Assembly: GCA_965203295.1 (NCBI GenBank)
Contig: CBDBCZ010000017.1
Coordinates: 192,001 to 256,000, forward strand
Reading direction: 5' to 3'
DNA from: Nitrospirales bacterium
Lineage (GTDB): Bacteria; Nitrospirota; Nitrospiria; Nitrospirales; UBA8639
DNA length: 64,000 nt
The translations under genes and the position numbers were made by a program. Numbering within the stretch: position 1 is the first letter of the stretch; every line of letters begins with the position of its first letter. Below the pieces are notes generated by a model that was not told the origin of the DNA, made no database searches, and saw nothing but the letters and a program-made list of their open reading frames with translations. Positions 38,250 through 51,913 of the stretch are shown in pieces.

Positions 38250-39015
38250 GATCGTAGCAGGAGATGCATGGAGTGGTCAATGGCTGCTCCATATTATTTC
38301 AGTCTCCTGTATTTTTATTGTAATATACAGGTCTAGCGCTGTACATGACAGGGTGCAATATTTTCCTTTTGAAGTTATCGTCAGATGACCCCACACATGA
38401 CATTGCAAACACATAACTCAATTATTGCAGTCACTACCTTCAACAAGCTGAGAACTATTGAAGGTAGTGCATGCCCACCAGAATTCTTAATGGAATAATC
38501 AGGGCTAGTAGGTCAAAGTGACTTTCCTGAAATTTATATCTTGCAGGGAAGTTGTAGGAATTTTATATACAGGGTAGCACAGGGCTGTATACATGGTATG
38601 GTGCAATTTTCCTTAAGGTGGTGTCCCCCCCAAAGATTTTTTGGACGTTTATTCCCACAAAAACCGTAGGGGGGTATGAACCTATAAATGCATCCCAGTG
38701 ATCCTTTTCAAGGAGATCTCTTCAATGAACACCTTTTTGAAACATAGCTACTGGGCAAATTTAAATTTTCAACTTTTTTCTTTGACCTCCCTCAGGAAGT
38801 ACTAAAAGTCATTGCATAGCACTCTTGACTTTAGACACTTTGGTGAAATTTTCAGGTGCGTAGGGGGTACACAAGCCGAGATATCAATGTCTACCTTCGC
38901 CTTATCACAAAACCCAGGTGGCAGAAGCAATCATCCAAATAGACCCTTTACCATTATGATGTAATACGGGTAAAATAGGCACTAAATGGAAACTTTACGA
39001 TCATGGAAACGATGA

Positions 39016-39920
39016 AACCTGGGAAATTGATCAGGACAATGAGGACGATGCCCCTGTTTTGAAGTCAGGTTTGTGGACAGATTAATGTGACCAAGTGTGC
39101 ATGCATGCGTTTCCAATTTAATTTTTCTGTGCCTGTACTGTATACCATGATGTAATTGCCATGGACGGCTTCATCCATGCTAAGGCATCTGGCCATATCA
39201 TGTTGGTGTCTAATGTAAAGGCATACACTCAAAATTTTTAGTAGGCAGCATGCCCCCAGCCCTTGGTGTGTTAAGCATGCTCCCCCCTCCCTTCCTTGAA
39301 AACAAAAATTCTACAGAGCCTGATAACACTAGCTATATACCACATAAAGGTAATTACTTGTTTAGCATATAAGTAACTTGAGATATTTTATTTTGCTACA
39401 TGCATGTATGTTGAATCATGGTAAAATCACCCAAGGCACACAGGTGAGTCTACCGGCATGATTTAATTAACAAGTATACAAAAAATGCTTTTTGCTTTGT
39501 TCCTGTAGGGTCCTGAGAATGTGCCTAATCGAATTTCCTTTTAGGGTTGGGTTGCAGGAAGTCAAGGCTAGCATGGTTGTGTACTGGGATTTGAACTTAC
39601 GTACCCTGTGGTCATATTCAATAGGCAACTTCTTTTTGTCAGGGCTCTATTGTCACGACACTTTCTTTAGTCATGATAAGTTTTCTTTTTGTGGGTTGTA
39701 GGGTAGCTAAGGGGGCTCTGAACAGTGCAATGGGGCATGAGCTAGTTTAGCTAGCCACATGAATCAGGTGTCGTGGAATATTGCTTGCCTTTAATTCCGG
39801 GTATGGAAAATAATCTTTACTGTCAGTACCAGGATTTCTGCATATATGTAGTTGTACATGGCAAATGCATTGTGCCTAATGGCGATGCCACTTTTGAGTC
39901 AGGTTATGACTATGTATATA
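39016..39920 (+). pseudogene. Truncated inverted duplicate of paralog B (3' end of exon 2 plus intron 2)
   Basis: TWEIDQDNEDDAPVLKS|gtttgtggacag at ~39016-39080; 39490-39920 is an inverted homolog of 41020-41430; no exon 3 follows. Confidence 0.75.
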
Positions 39921-40648
39921 GTTGTGTGTACGTAATTAAGAGTCCCGGCATAGGTTAAACTGTCTGCTGCCCATGTGGCATGACACTTTATCTATTGATC
40001 AGCAATTGCAGCAGTTTGGTGTAATAGGCAAGTGCGAGTTGTTTATGCATGACCGCCCACTCATACTTATACCCTAAATTTGTGCCTAATGGTGATGCCA
40101 CTTTTGAGTCAGGTTATGACTATGTAGTATGTATAAAGTTGTGTGTACGTAACTAATTAGCTCTTTGAACGCCATGGGCACATTTATGTGCCCATATAAA
40201 ATAGAAAAAACATGTATTTTGTATTAACGCCTAATATAAAAAGGCCTATATAAATTCACACTAGCCTTATGGATGTAGTAAAACTTGGCTGGGAAAGAGT
40301 TTTAAAGTCCAATAGGCTAAACGTGTCTGTTGCCCATGTGACGTGACACTTTATCTATCGATTTATCTGTTTGCAGCAGTTTGGTGTAATAGGCAAGTGC
40401 GGGTTGTTCATGCTTGACCACTCACTCAGACTTATATACCCACTACTAGGTATTATAACGTTATTATGCCTCAGTAGCTACTACCAGCAAATGAAATTAT
40501 AAACCAGCAAGAAGTATATCCTCAATCTACAAAAACAGTCATCAATATATTAGACAATATCTATAGCTAGCAACTCAGTTGTACAAAAGAATGGCCTTTA
40601 AAATATACGTTCACACATTCAGTAGTCATGTCTCCAGGCAGTGGGTGT

Positions 40649-43094
40649 TTAGCTTGTCATATTTTCTCCTGCAAACGAGTAGAGGCCTCCAACTGGCTCC
40701 TGGGTGAGGGTCACTAACAGGCCATCGGGGAACTGGCTGAGATCAAACTGTGTAGTCGCTTCAGTTATATCGAGAGATGTAAATGTGTCTCCAACGTTCA
40801 GGTTGCGAGTGACTCCAAAGGAAACTATTGGCTGTATCTCTACGTCGGCTTGGCTGCCAACATGCACACCTGGCTGGGTCACCAAGATTTTGTCATTCTT
40901 ATAAACAGACACATCATAGGTTCGACCAGGCCATGTGTCACCATCAGGAGCTGTATTCTTCACCACAATAGTATTGTTGGGATTGGGAGGAGCAGTAACT
41001 GCAAAGGGATTAATTAAAAAGCATAGTCATAACCCGACTCCAAAGTGGCATCGCCATTAGGCATAATACATTTGCCATACACAGCTATTCATTAATGCTG
41101 GTACAGTAAAGATTATACCATACCCGACATTCAATGCAAACAATGTTCCACGATAACTGGTCCATGTAGCTAGCTAAACTAGCTCATGCCCCATTGCAGA
41201 AAAATCTGTTCAGATCCCCCCCCCCCCCACAAAAAAAAGTTCCTCTACCATGACTAAGGAGAGTGTCATGACAATAGAGCCCTGACAAAGGAAGTTGGCT
41301 GACCACAGGGTAAGTTCAAAGCACAGTACACAACCTTGCTAGCCCTGACTTCCTACAACCCCAAATCTAATAAAGGAAATTCGATTAGGCTCATTCTCAG
41401 GGCCCTATAGGAACCGAGCAAAAACCATTTGTGCTACTTTGTAACTTATATTATAATTAAATTTAGCTACTACGTATTTGAATGGTGGCTTATTCATGAA
41501 CCTTGGTGTTGATATACGTATGTTCTAGACAGGGCCACCAAAGTAGCTAGCTTTAACTGGATCCAGGTTTTAATAATTGATTAATGGTATAGACTCACTA
41601 GACAGTGGATATAGGGTGACTTTACCATTATTCAGCATACATGTAGCAAAATGAAATGTGCAATGTCCCAAGTCACTTAGCCAATATGCAAGACTCTTTA
41701 TGTTATACATGTATATTATATAGTGTAATCAGATTTTCACCCAGGGGTAGATTTTTTTTCCAGGAAGGGGGGGGGGGGGGGGGGGGGGAGCAAGCACATG
41801 AACATGCTTTGCGCATCAGGGTCTGGGGGCATATATACGTCACGGTAATCACAGAAAATAAAATTGTAAATGCATGCACGCTTAGAGTCACATTATTCTG
41901 TCCACAAACCTGACTTCAAAATAGGGGCATTGTCCTCATTGTCCTGATTAATTTCCCAGGTTGATCCCAGGGAAGCACCAAAGGGACCCATCGTGTTGCA
42001 CTGATCACCAAGGGAATAACTTGCTCCAACGGAAGTCGACACAGGGTATACAAATTCGGAGGAACTTTGCACCTCAATGACTTCCCAAGCTGTGTAGTAT
42101 ATCTCAGGAGTATCGACGCTGAAGTTCTGGGTGAACACGCATACTGAAAAATCAGTAGAAGTGGTAGCATTGATGAACTTGATGGGGATGTCAGTAGTAA
42201 CCGATGACATATTAGAATCTGCACTTGTTGCCAGAGCATTCGCTAACACTGCAAGAAAACACAATCATCATATAATTATGATTGCCAAAACAAATGTTAT
42301 TATATGACTGCTTGATGATCACTGAACTTACTACCATCATAATTATGAGTTTCAGGGATCTAATTAATAACATTCATGGCTATATAAATTAAATGATCAC
42401 AGCATTTCATACAACCGTGGCTATGATCACTTGGCTGCATCTTGCAACGTGGACTAAATAAATTTAAAACATCCATCACATTGATTCAGTCTTTGGCGCA
42501 TTTTTCTGATGGCGCTGGATATGGCGCATAGCATGTTGCTACTACTTAGTATAGTGCAGTGCTAATAATTATTTGCATGCCTATACAGCCGCTTTTAATT
42601 ATAACTATTTATTACTGTTACAGTAGCTATCGAGTTCCAATATCCTTAAAAAAGGGTATATTTTAATATTATAATAATAATATACTCATGTTGCTGCCGT
42701 AGCGCTTATGCCATTGACCACGCACCCACATACAGTACGCGGGCGGAGGCTTGAAAGATCTCCAGTCAGAGGACAAGAGCAAGAGCAACCACGGATGTCT
42801 CACCATTACCATCCTGATCGCCATGCATATAATTTATTCTTCCGAGTTATACCGTATTATAATAATAATAAGAATTTTATATTTAGCGTTTACCACATGC
42901 ATTAAAATAGGAATTCCAGGCTTTCGCAGTCACTAACCTGAGCGCATGCTCTTAGTGGTCATCGGACTCTTCTCCGGCTGCTTGTTGTACCAGCGGCTTG
43001 CCAGCGGGCTGAACTTGCGGGTGAACAGCCTCTGGGGAACCCCGCACGTCCTTGCAGCCCGGGGGGCAGATACTAACACGCGGAGAGCCAACAT
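40649..43094 (-). CDS. RhiA/'LigA'-like protein, paralog B, with mitochondrial presequence (~281 aa)
   Basis: Exons 43094-42938 (MLALRVLVSAPRAARTCGVPQRLFTRKF...), 42248-41910 and 40998-40649; GT-AG phase-1 introns, in frame. Confidence 0.85.
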
Positions 43095-43416
43095 CGCGCC
43101 TGTGTCCTTTCGGGTTCTGTATGGTGTCATTGAAAAAACGCATAATAATTTAATATGTACCGGTCTGACAATTAATTGTCTGCAGTGTTAATTAGGTTTA
43201 TCTTCACTGTAAAGTAATACAGACATACGCTACTTAGTTTCGCGAGCCAACCCAAATCCGCCAAAAAAAAATGCGGGCAGGGGCCGACTTGCGATATTGA
43301 GTGTGTTCTATCAAGCGTGACACTGTCACGGTAGTATTAACATATCATATGCGTAGTTAGACTCCATCGATCGTACTAGTAAATTAGCCCGATCACGTTC
43401 ACGGGATTCCAGAAAC

Positions 43417-44062
43417 TTACTGAGTATCGAGAGAGTTCAATATGTCCCCACAGATGGTTTCGGATGCAGTCGTTTTCTTTGCGGTTCTCAGCAAAGTCTG
43501 TATAATGGTGAAAAAAATAATAATTTATACATTTGCAACTAGCTACACATGTATATACTTCTCTCACCGGTCGGTATTACAGTAATAGCCGTGCGATTAT
43601 TCTGCGGGCGCGCGGTGTTTGCACGTACGTTACTTATACCGACTTATCAGGGTAATATATTATGCGGAAGCCGTATGCCCGGGGGGGGGGGGGGGGGGGG
43701 GGGTATACGGATCAGTGAAGAAATACGAGGGTCGAAATCGACGTATCCGAGGAGCTCCGGACGCATTTCGCCGTAAACCGGAATTTCAACCTGGCTACTT
43801 TCCAACCCCGGAACAGCAGCTTTGTATGGCTTCTGTAAGCGGTATAAAAACACGCGAAAGCACAGTGCCTACAGAGTATTATCGGGTACGACTACCGCTC
43901 TTCACAATCGGTAAGCGCAGTACTTTACGTTATAAATAATATTATATTGTTTTTAACGCACGATATTCTTTTTGCAGAGTTTGCTGAAAACCGCTAGGAC
44001 AGCGATTACATCTGACTGCATCTGATTCCAACTGTGGAAAGAGAAAGCTCTCAAGAATCTCA
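43417..44062. promoter_or_regulatory. Bidirectional promoter with mirror-image non-coding 5' exons of paralogs B and C
   Basis: Plus-strand ttgcag|agtttgctgaaaaccgc...tctca|gtaagt (43978-44062) mirrors minus-strand tacag|actttgctgagaaccgc...actca|gtaagt (~43497-43421); upstream donors at ~43910 (+) and ~43567 (-); TATA-like motifs at ~43843 (+) and ~43636 (-); central poly-G. Confidence 0.6.
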
Positions 44063-44378
44063 GTAAGTATTAGTACGTGGCTTTTTGTAACAAGCGCGAC
44101 ATCGTAACCCTATAAGTACGTGTATTAATGCCTGCGTCGCATGCGCAGCATGATTGTTCGTACAAGTTTAAATTTCATACATGCGCTGCTTGCGCACTGA
44201 AATAATTTAATGTATGTGTAATTGTTCTGTGTGTACACGTCCTCACTCTGGGCTGAATCGATAAACTTTGACTTTGATTTTGAATTTGACTTTAATAGAC
44301 TATGAACGCACTGTCTGATGCTCTACTCTGTATATGCACGCATTTAATACTTTCTGCACTCTCGACACTGCAGGCACA

Positions 44379-47300
44379 ATGTTGGCTCTCCGTGTGCTAG
44401 TATCCGCCCCCCGGGCTGCAAGGGCGTGTGGGGTTTCTCAGAAGTTGTTCACCCGCAATTTCAGCCCGCTGGCAAGCCGCTGGTACAACAAGCTACCTCA
44501 GAAGAATCCGGTGATCTCTAAGAGCATGCGCTCAGGTCAGTGCATGCATGGCTGCGCGATTATATATATGTTATTTCAGTCGGAACACGTTTTATTTAAT
44601 GGGAAGCAATAAAAAATAAAGCCCCAGAAAACTGATATGGGAGCACTGAATAAGCGACACTCACTGACAATCTTCTTAGTTTTACATACCAGTTACTGCC
44701 TTATAATGTAGCTAGTTTTCGATACTAGTCACTGAAGAGCAGTATATTATTATAGTTTGTAGTTATAGACTAGATCAAGCCAAAAATTGTAAATTTGCTT
44801 CCTGGCTACATGGAACAGTTCGAGGACCTATATGTAGTAGAAAAATTAATGTGCAATTTATTTATTTCCTGCCTGATTGAAAATTAAGTTACTGTAATGC
44901 CACAGATGAACTGAACATTTTTTATTAATAGCTCATTTATGAATAATAGAAGTTTTGTTCACTACTTCTGATTATTTGTTCACAAGAGTCTATCATGAGC
45001 CTAAACATTCAATAACCCAGAGAGAAGCGCAAAATTCAGCTTGTTTAACAGAGCTTTCTATGCCTGATCAAAGTAAGAGTCTTTGCTGAATAAAAATTAT
45101 AAGAGCTTAAAATAACCGACTCTCTCTTTTTTTTACAGTGATGGCGAAGTCACTGGCAACAGTCTCAGCATCGGCAACTACTGACATCCCCATCAAGTAT
45201 GTCAATAGTACTGGTTCTACAGATTTTTCGGTTGTGGTGTTCACGAAGAACTTCAGCGTCAACACTCCTGAGACATACTACGCAGCCTGGGAAGTCATTC
45301 AAGTCCAAAATTCCTCCCAATTCGTGTACCCTATTTCTACTGCTATTGGAGCAAGTTATGACCTTGGAGATCAATACAACACAATGGGTCCCTTTGGTGC
45401 CGTGCTGGGATCAACCTGGCAAATTAATCAGGATGATAAGGATGCCACCCCTATATTGGAGTCAGGTTTGTGCACAGCATGATGCAGGTTCCTTTTTAGC
45501 TTAATAATTAATATGAAAAAAGATTGTGCAATTAATTGTAATGATTAATGCAGATATTGAGTAGTAGTAGCATCTGTATCCTTGGGCTATTTTTTGTGTG
45601 TGCTATGGCAGTTATAGCTTGAGAAGCAGTGCATGCACTCTATTGACTGTTGCCTGGGAGCAAGACTCCATGGCCCTTACAGTGTTTGGGTTGTAGGGAG
45701 TCAGGGCTATAGTATAATATTTTGAATTTATCACTGTCTGTATATCTAAGAAATTAAGCGAGAAGTGTCTTGGGTGCAGAGTTGCTGAAGTAGTGCATGA
45801 TCATTAATATAGCTAAGTAGCTTCCCTTTTTGTTGTCTGTACACTTGCATAGCTAGATATTCCTTTTCCATTCAGTAATAAAGGTTAGACTAAGTTCCTC
45901 GGTGGGTTTGTTACTAGGAGAAAGTTACTCAATTGGTGGTAAGGAAGTCTCAAAACTGTGGATTGTTGTTGTGATTTGAATTCAGGTCTAACTACCCACC
46001 ACAGTTAGTAGTTAGAGGGTTGACATGACACACAGCTAGATGCCGTCTAACTGGCTAGCTACCTACCACAATTGACTTCATGTCTAAAGCTACCTGCCAC
46101 AGCTATAGTATAGTTGGAGGGCTGACATGACACACAGCTAGATGCCGCCTAACTGGCTAGCTACCTACCACATTTGGTTTCATGTCTAAAGCTACCTGCC
46201 ACAGCTAGATAGAGGGCTGAAATGACACACAGATGCCGTCTAACTAGCTAGCTACCTACCACAATAATAGTAGATCTTGTCAGCTTTTAAATTAGGGTTC
46301 CGGGTGGCAGCATGCATGGGTTTTGAGAGGAGGCTCTCAGACTGATGAATGTTCGCTGAAGGGACACAAGTTAGACCGCAAGATGAAGGTGCATTTAGTT
46401 TTGGAGGGGGTGAGGGGGTGGGGTGAAATATAATAATAGTAGTTTGTGATCATCTATTAAAAGGAGTGTAGTCCTTAATTTGAATTGTTTGCAAATAGCA
46501 GTGATATGGCTTCATACTGAATACTCCGCATGTATTGAAATTACTTGCGGATATGCATGAAGGCTATACCATAAACTCTGCAGTATAAGTACCCAGCAAT
46601 TACAAGAACCCTATGAATATAAGTACCCATTAAACCAGTTGCTGTCCACTTCCTAAATAGTAGTACCCATGCAAATAAAAGTACCCAATGAATATAAGTA
46701 CCCAACAGACGACTAAATGATGTATAAATAGTGCACGTGTGACTAGTTAAACATGAATAGTGATGATGATAATGGGTCCATCGAGATCTGCATCGAAAGT
46801 CCAAGTGGCTATCAAGACCGAAACTAAAGTTAATGTGCATACTGTTGTACTACCGTATTTTAACTTCATTGAAAAATTACCCCATAATTAGAAGTACCCC
46901 TACGTAATCTGTACCACGAAAATGCGCAATCTCTGAATAGAAGTACCGGTACTTGTACTCCAGAGTTTATGGTATGCCACATAGCATCAATTTATTTCCA
47001 TGACAATGTGGCAAGTACCAGCTTTGTAAAGCCAACAGCATGCCGGCAAGGCCAGCCTCTCTCAAAATGTAGGCTATGATTATAGCTACTCCTATAGCAA
47101 ATTATGTGTCACGGAGTTGTTATTAGCACTAGCACTTTAATGTAAGGTCATGCATGTTTAAATCTTTTGCAGTGGTTGCTGTTCCCAATCCCAACAATAC
47201 TATCGTGGTGAAGAATACACCTCCTCTCGGTGGTACATGGACCGGTCGAATGTACGATGTCTCTCTGTACAAGAGTGGTAAGCTGTTGGTAACCCAGCAA

Positions 47301-47522
47301 AATGTGCATGTTGGCAACCAAGCTGACATAGAGCTGCAGCCGAAAGTTTTCTTTGGAGTCACTCGCAATCTGACTGTTGGAGATGTTTTTACATCTCTTA
47401 GCATAACCGAAGGGCTTACAGAGTTTGACCTCAGCCAGTATCCTGATGGCCTGTTAGTGACCCTCAACCAGGAACCAGTTGGAGGCTTCTACTCGTTTAC
47501 TGGAGGAAATCTGACAAATTAA
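44379..47522 (+). CDS. RhiA/'LigA'-like protein, paralog C, with mitochondrial presequence (~277 aa)
   Basis: Exons 44379-44535, 45139-45465 and 47173-47522; GT-AG phase-1 introns, in frame. Confidence 0.85.
46569..46972. mobile_element. Tc1/mariner-type MITE
   Basis: TA|CCATAAACTCTGCAGTATAAGTACC ... GGTACTTGTACTCCAGAGTTTATGG|TA; internal aagtaccc subrepeats. Confidence 0.75.
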
Positions 47523-49758
47523 AACCTGCTGCCCTGAGACTTGGATACAATTGAACATCAATAATAAAGGCCAATACTTTTGTAGCTATCTATAGGTTGA
47601 CTGTTTGAGCTTGATCGTAGGCAATTTTTGATGGTTTTGTAATATATTACTATTATACTAAAATATACCTAGTTTATTATCCCATTCCTTGTACTATCAC
47701 GTGCATGGTTAAATTAAGGTGATGATGCCTGCCTATACGCTGTAACTAGCTAGTAGGTACTTCTGTATGCTCCAACTACCATAATTCAATGGCATAGGTT
47801 ATACTTGGGCATACCTGGGGCCTGGTAAATCTAATGAAGAAAGCTATAAGGTAAAAGATGATCACAATGTGTTTAACATGCTAGTTTGTCCATTTGTTTG
47901 ACTTCTGCTGTGGCTGCTACCAAAAAGTGACCGGCATTTGGATCAACCAAAGTATGTATGTTGAAATGCATAAAAATACTACAAAAGCCCTTCCTGATAC
48001 ATAGCTAATACGCTTCCTGATACATAGCTAATACGCTTGTGGTTCATACAGAATCTTGGCTGTTTTACAGTGCAGTCTCTCCATGCCTTCAGCCAGTCTT
48101 TGACGGCATGCATGTACCTAAGTAACTCCGTCGTCCTAGTTACTCCACTATCCTAATTGCCAGTTAGCATGCTTTAGCTGACTTGCAAAATATCCCATCT
48201 TGTATTGTCGTCATTAAGTAGACCCTCATCAGCCACCCCTCAGTTTTTATCACCGCTTTTTACAAGGTGCGATAAAGCTGAGGGGTGGAGCCTGGGAATG
48301 AGCAAGGCTACATATCTCTGCTCACACACAGTATATACTTATGATACACAGGTAGCACACTCACATACTTACACTCACTTGACGGTGTGGTCACATCTTG
48401 AGGATATTAACTTTTCGTGTTTTACACAAAAAAAAAACAAAAACAAAAAACGTGCAGGTTTGCTTTGATAGACCACTCGAGCATGCACTCAGGACCTGAG
48501 CCATCACCTAACTGCAATGATATGGGGGTGATTGAATTATGAAAAAGGAAATAAAAGTTTTACACAAAAAAAAAACAAAAAAAAAAAACGTGCAGGTTTG
48601 CTTTGATAGACCACTCAAGCATGCACTCAGGACCTGAGCCATCACCTAACTGCAATGATATGGGGGGTGATTGAATTGTGAAAAAGGAAATAAAATTCGA
48701 TATGAAGGAAGAAACCAAATTACAGCTGCTAGCTATATAAAAATTACTTTCTGGTGGCATAAATTAAACATAAAGTTCCAATATCCAGTTACTTATACAT
48801 AATTAAATGCATGGTTGAGGCCTAGAGAGATGAGTATCTGGGTTTGTTAATTCATGTACTTTCTGAATTTGAATCACTTCATTTACTTACCCAGCATGCA
48901 TGCAGCCTCAGATTCTTCAAACTCCGTAGCCAACTGGGCGTATATGTAAAATTGTTGCACCGGATTGGAGGCTGTAACAGCTACTGACTCTGAGCTAGCC
49001 ACATAGCTACACAGCAAAACTTTCCTGAAATTAGAAAGTTTTTCAGTCCACATAGCTACCGCATATTCATAAACTATTTCAATGCTCGAAACTGTTTTCA
49101 CATGGATACACAGGGAGACTATCATTAGCTATAGACTACACTTGGAGAAAATTTATGGCTTCAGTGGTGCCGAGAGTACAAGTCACCAACAAGCTTTCAA
49201 AGTATTTGAAAGTTTTTCAGTCCGCATGGCTACTGCATATCCAAAATCTATTTCATCATTCAAAACTGTTTTCCGACATAATGCTTTTCATTCACCTAGT
49301 TAAGAAGTATCTTGACGCAATGTCTGAAATTGACCAGACACTCAGAGATATTGTTCTGCCATTTTAAAACTATGGGATAATTGTGACATCAAGTATAGGT
49401 TCTACAATTAAACATATGTGGAAGATTTATTTGGCTGAGCGGAAGGTGATCATTTCTGACACCAAGTGTAATAACCACTTGTATCATGGCAATGGTAATC
49501 TGTAAACAGTGATGCCTTTTATTTACAGTGGAACTTCCGAATAAAGGACACTTTGGGAGCAAGGCTTTTGTCCTTTATTCGGAGGTTGTCCTCTGGTGGG
49601 AGGTTCGACTCAATTTGCTATTTCTAGCCACATTAAGCACTCAAATGCCTACCAGACATGTATTCAAGCATAAACCATGTCATCTATTTTGGATTGTGTG
49701 AAAACAATTGGAGGCTGGTATGTATTGAAGTTCAATACCTCTATACTGTGGTATACTA

Positions 49759-50607
49759 CAGTGGAACCTCCGAATAAAGGACACTTTGGGAGCAAGGCTT
49801 TTGTCCTTTATTCGGAAGGTTGTCCTCTGGTGGGAGGTTCGACTCAATTTGCTATTTCTAGCCACATTAAGCACTCAAATGCCTACCAGACATGTATTCA
49901 AGCATAAACCATGTCATCTACTGTAAGTATCTACCAGACAACATAGCTACATCACTGTATAATACGTTGTCGAAAGTTATCAGACGACATTAACATTGAG
50001 TGGTATAACAAATACGAGTGTCACAATGTCAGTAATGTCCAAAATAACAGTTACTGTCCAGAGTGGTTTGAACTGTGTAAGCATCTCTACACTTGCAAAC
50101 AGCTTATGGGTATGGACTCGAAATAAAGTTTTCACCTGTACTGTCGTCACAGATCACGTGCTCCAGCTGTATATCCGTGTCACGTTCCGTTTATGCCCGT
50201 TTTTGCTCAACTTGCGTGGGCGACTGGATTGGCATGTTATACAGCGATCTCAGAAACAAAAGCTGCTGGAAACTTACGCGTTCAGTATCTCAACTATCGC
50301 TGTGAATCAGTTTTAAGGCGGGATAAATTGAGTGAATCTGCCGTATATACTACGAGTACGAGAGTAACTTCCGGCACGAACGATGCATGGGTGTGGCTTC
50401 CAATTTGTCCGTTATAAGAGGCTGTTTTCAACGGACTTCTGCAGTCGGGAGCATGCAGTTTGTCCGCTGTCCGGAATCAAGAAGCGTCCGCTCGTGGGAG
50501 GTTTCTTATACATTAGCACTATAGTAATTTCAATAGGTGCCACGGCTGGTGTCCTTTATAGGGAGGTTGTCCGCTGGTGGGAGGGTCCGTTATGGGAGGT
50601 TCCACTG
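49759..50607. mobile_element. pogo/Tigger-like non-autonomous DNA transposon, preceded by a duplicated left end at 49526-49685
   Basis: TA|CAGTGGAACCTCC ... GGAGGTTCCACTG|TA. Confidence 0.85.
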
Positions 50608-50687
50608 TATATCTGTAACCACAAATATACACAGCTTCAGTTGGTGAAGTACGTTTCAATTTTTGATAAAAGGTATGTAATATATAT

Positions 50688-50838
50688 AGCATAGGAGTTA
50701 GGTTGGTATGCTAAATATACGACTGAGGTCCAAGGGCGTGTCCGATATTGACCGAGGCGCGTAGCGCCGAGGTCAATATCGGACACGCCCGCGGACCGAG
50801 GACGTATATTTAGTATACCAACCGTATACTCCTATGCT
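50688..50838. mobile_element. Palindromic hairpin element
   Basis: agcataggag...gtgtccgatattgacc-gaggcgcgtagcgccga-ggtcaatatcggacac...ctcctatgct. Confidence 0.7.
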
Positions 50839-51913
50839 TTAGCTCATAGCGATGATGTCATTCAAGACTGCACATGCTCAGATACCTGTGCCCTTCGAAA
50901 GAACTAAGAAGACGAGTAGCTGAGCGTCAGTGAGTTAGCTAGCTGAGCTGAGTAGCTCAAGGGCTAAATTTCCCAATGTATCATGCATCAGTCATGCTGT
51001 TATTAAATGGATGCTTCAACCATAATGTAATGATATGAATTCAAACCTGAGTATAGGTTGATATGGCTAATATCATACCCAGCTACTGTACTTAAGCTCC
51101 TATGATGACATCATCACTATGAGATATATAGATATATAACCTGTAGCTATATATATCACTGCAAAAGTCAAAGGGTTGTTTTTAACCAGCTATATATTAG
51201 TGCACTACTATAATATAAGGTTATCTCAGATGCAGTCTATACCAAACAATGTGATATATGCCTGCATGATGCAACCACAGGACCATTAATCTGGCTGTCT
51301 AAAGCCATTAATTTTGGTTTCATTTAGCACCCCCAAAGAAAACACTGTAGGTGTATAGTGTCAACGTACAGCTGTTTTCATAAGCAAATCGTAGCTATCT
51401 CAAAGAGAATCACTACTTTAATGCACTTACAAAGTAGTTTGAACATTGCCACTGCAAAAACAGAGTGGTTGTTTTTCCCACATAAGGCTACTCAGTTGCA
51501 GCCCCAGTACCAGAGATTGTTCAGTTATACATTTAGTATTACGTGCATGTTACAGTAGTGCAATATGATCACTTTATTCTATATAGCTGAGTACAATTAA
51601 GGCATAAAAATTATTCTTCTCCATCTTGTTCACAGCAGTGTAATATTATATGTACTACAGCAGTCAAGTCATGTTTGACCTATAGATCTCTTCACAGAAC
51701 CCCCATGGCATTTGCATTTACCAGGTGATTTTGTATTCTGTTCGATTAATAGCTTAGAGACCAATGTCTGAAGCCAGTTTATATTTTTATTGTTGCAGTA
51801 ACCCTTAGGTATGCATGTAACCTTCATACATATATACATAGCAACTATTATAGCTGTTCATGTGCGTCAATGTATATAGCTGTGTGCGGCATACAGTATT
51901 TAGGGTCATATAA

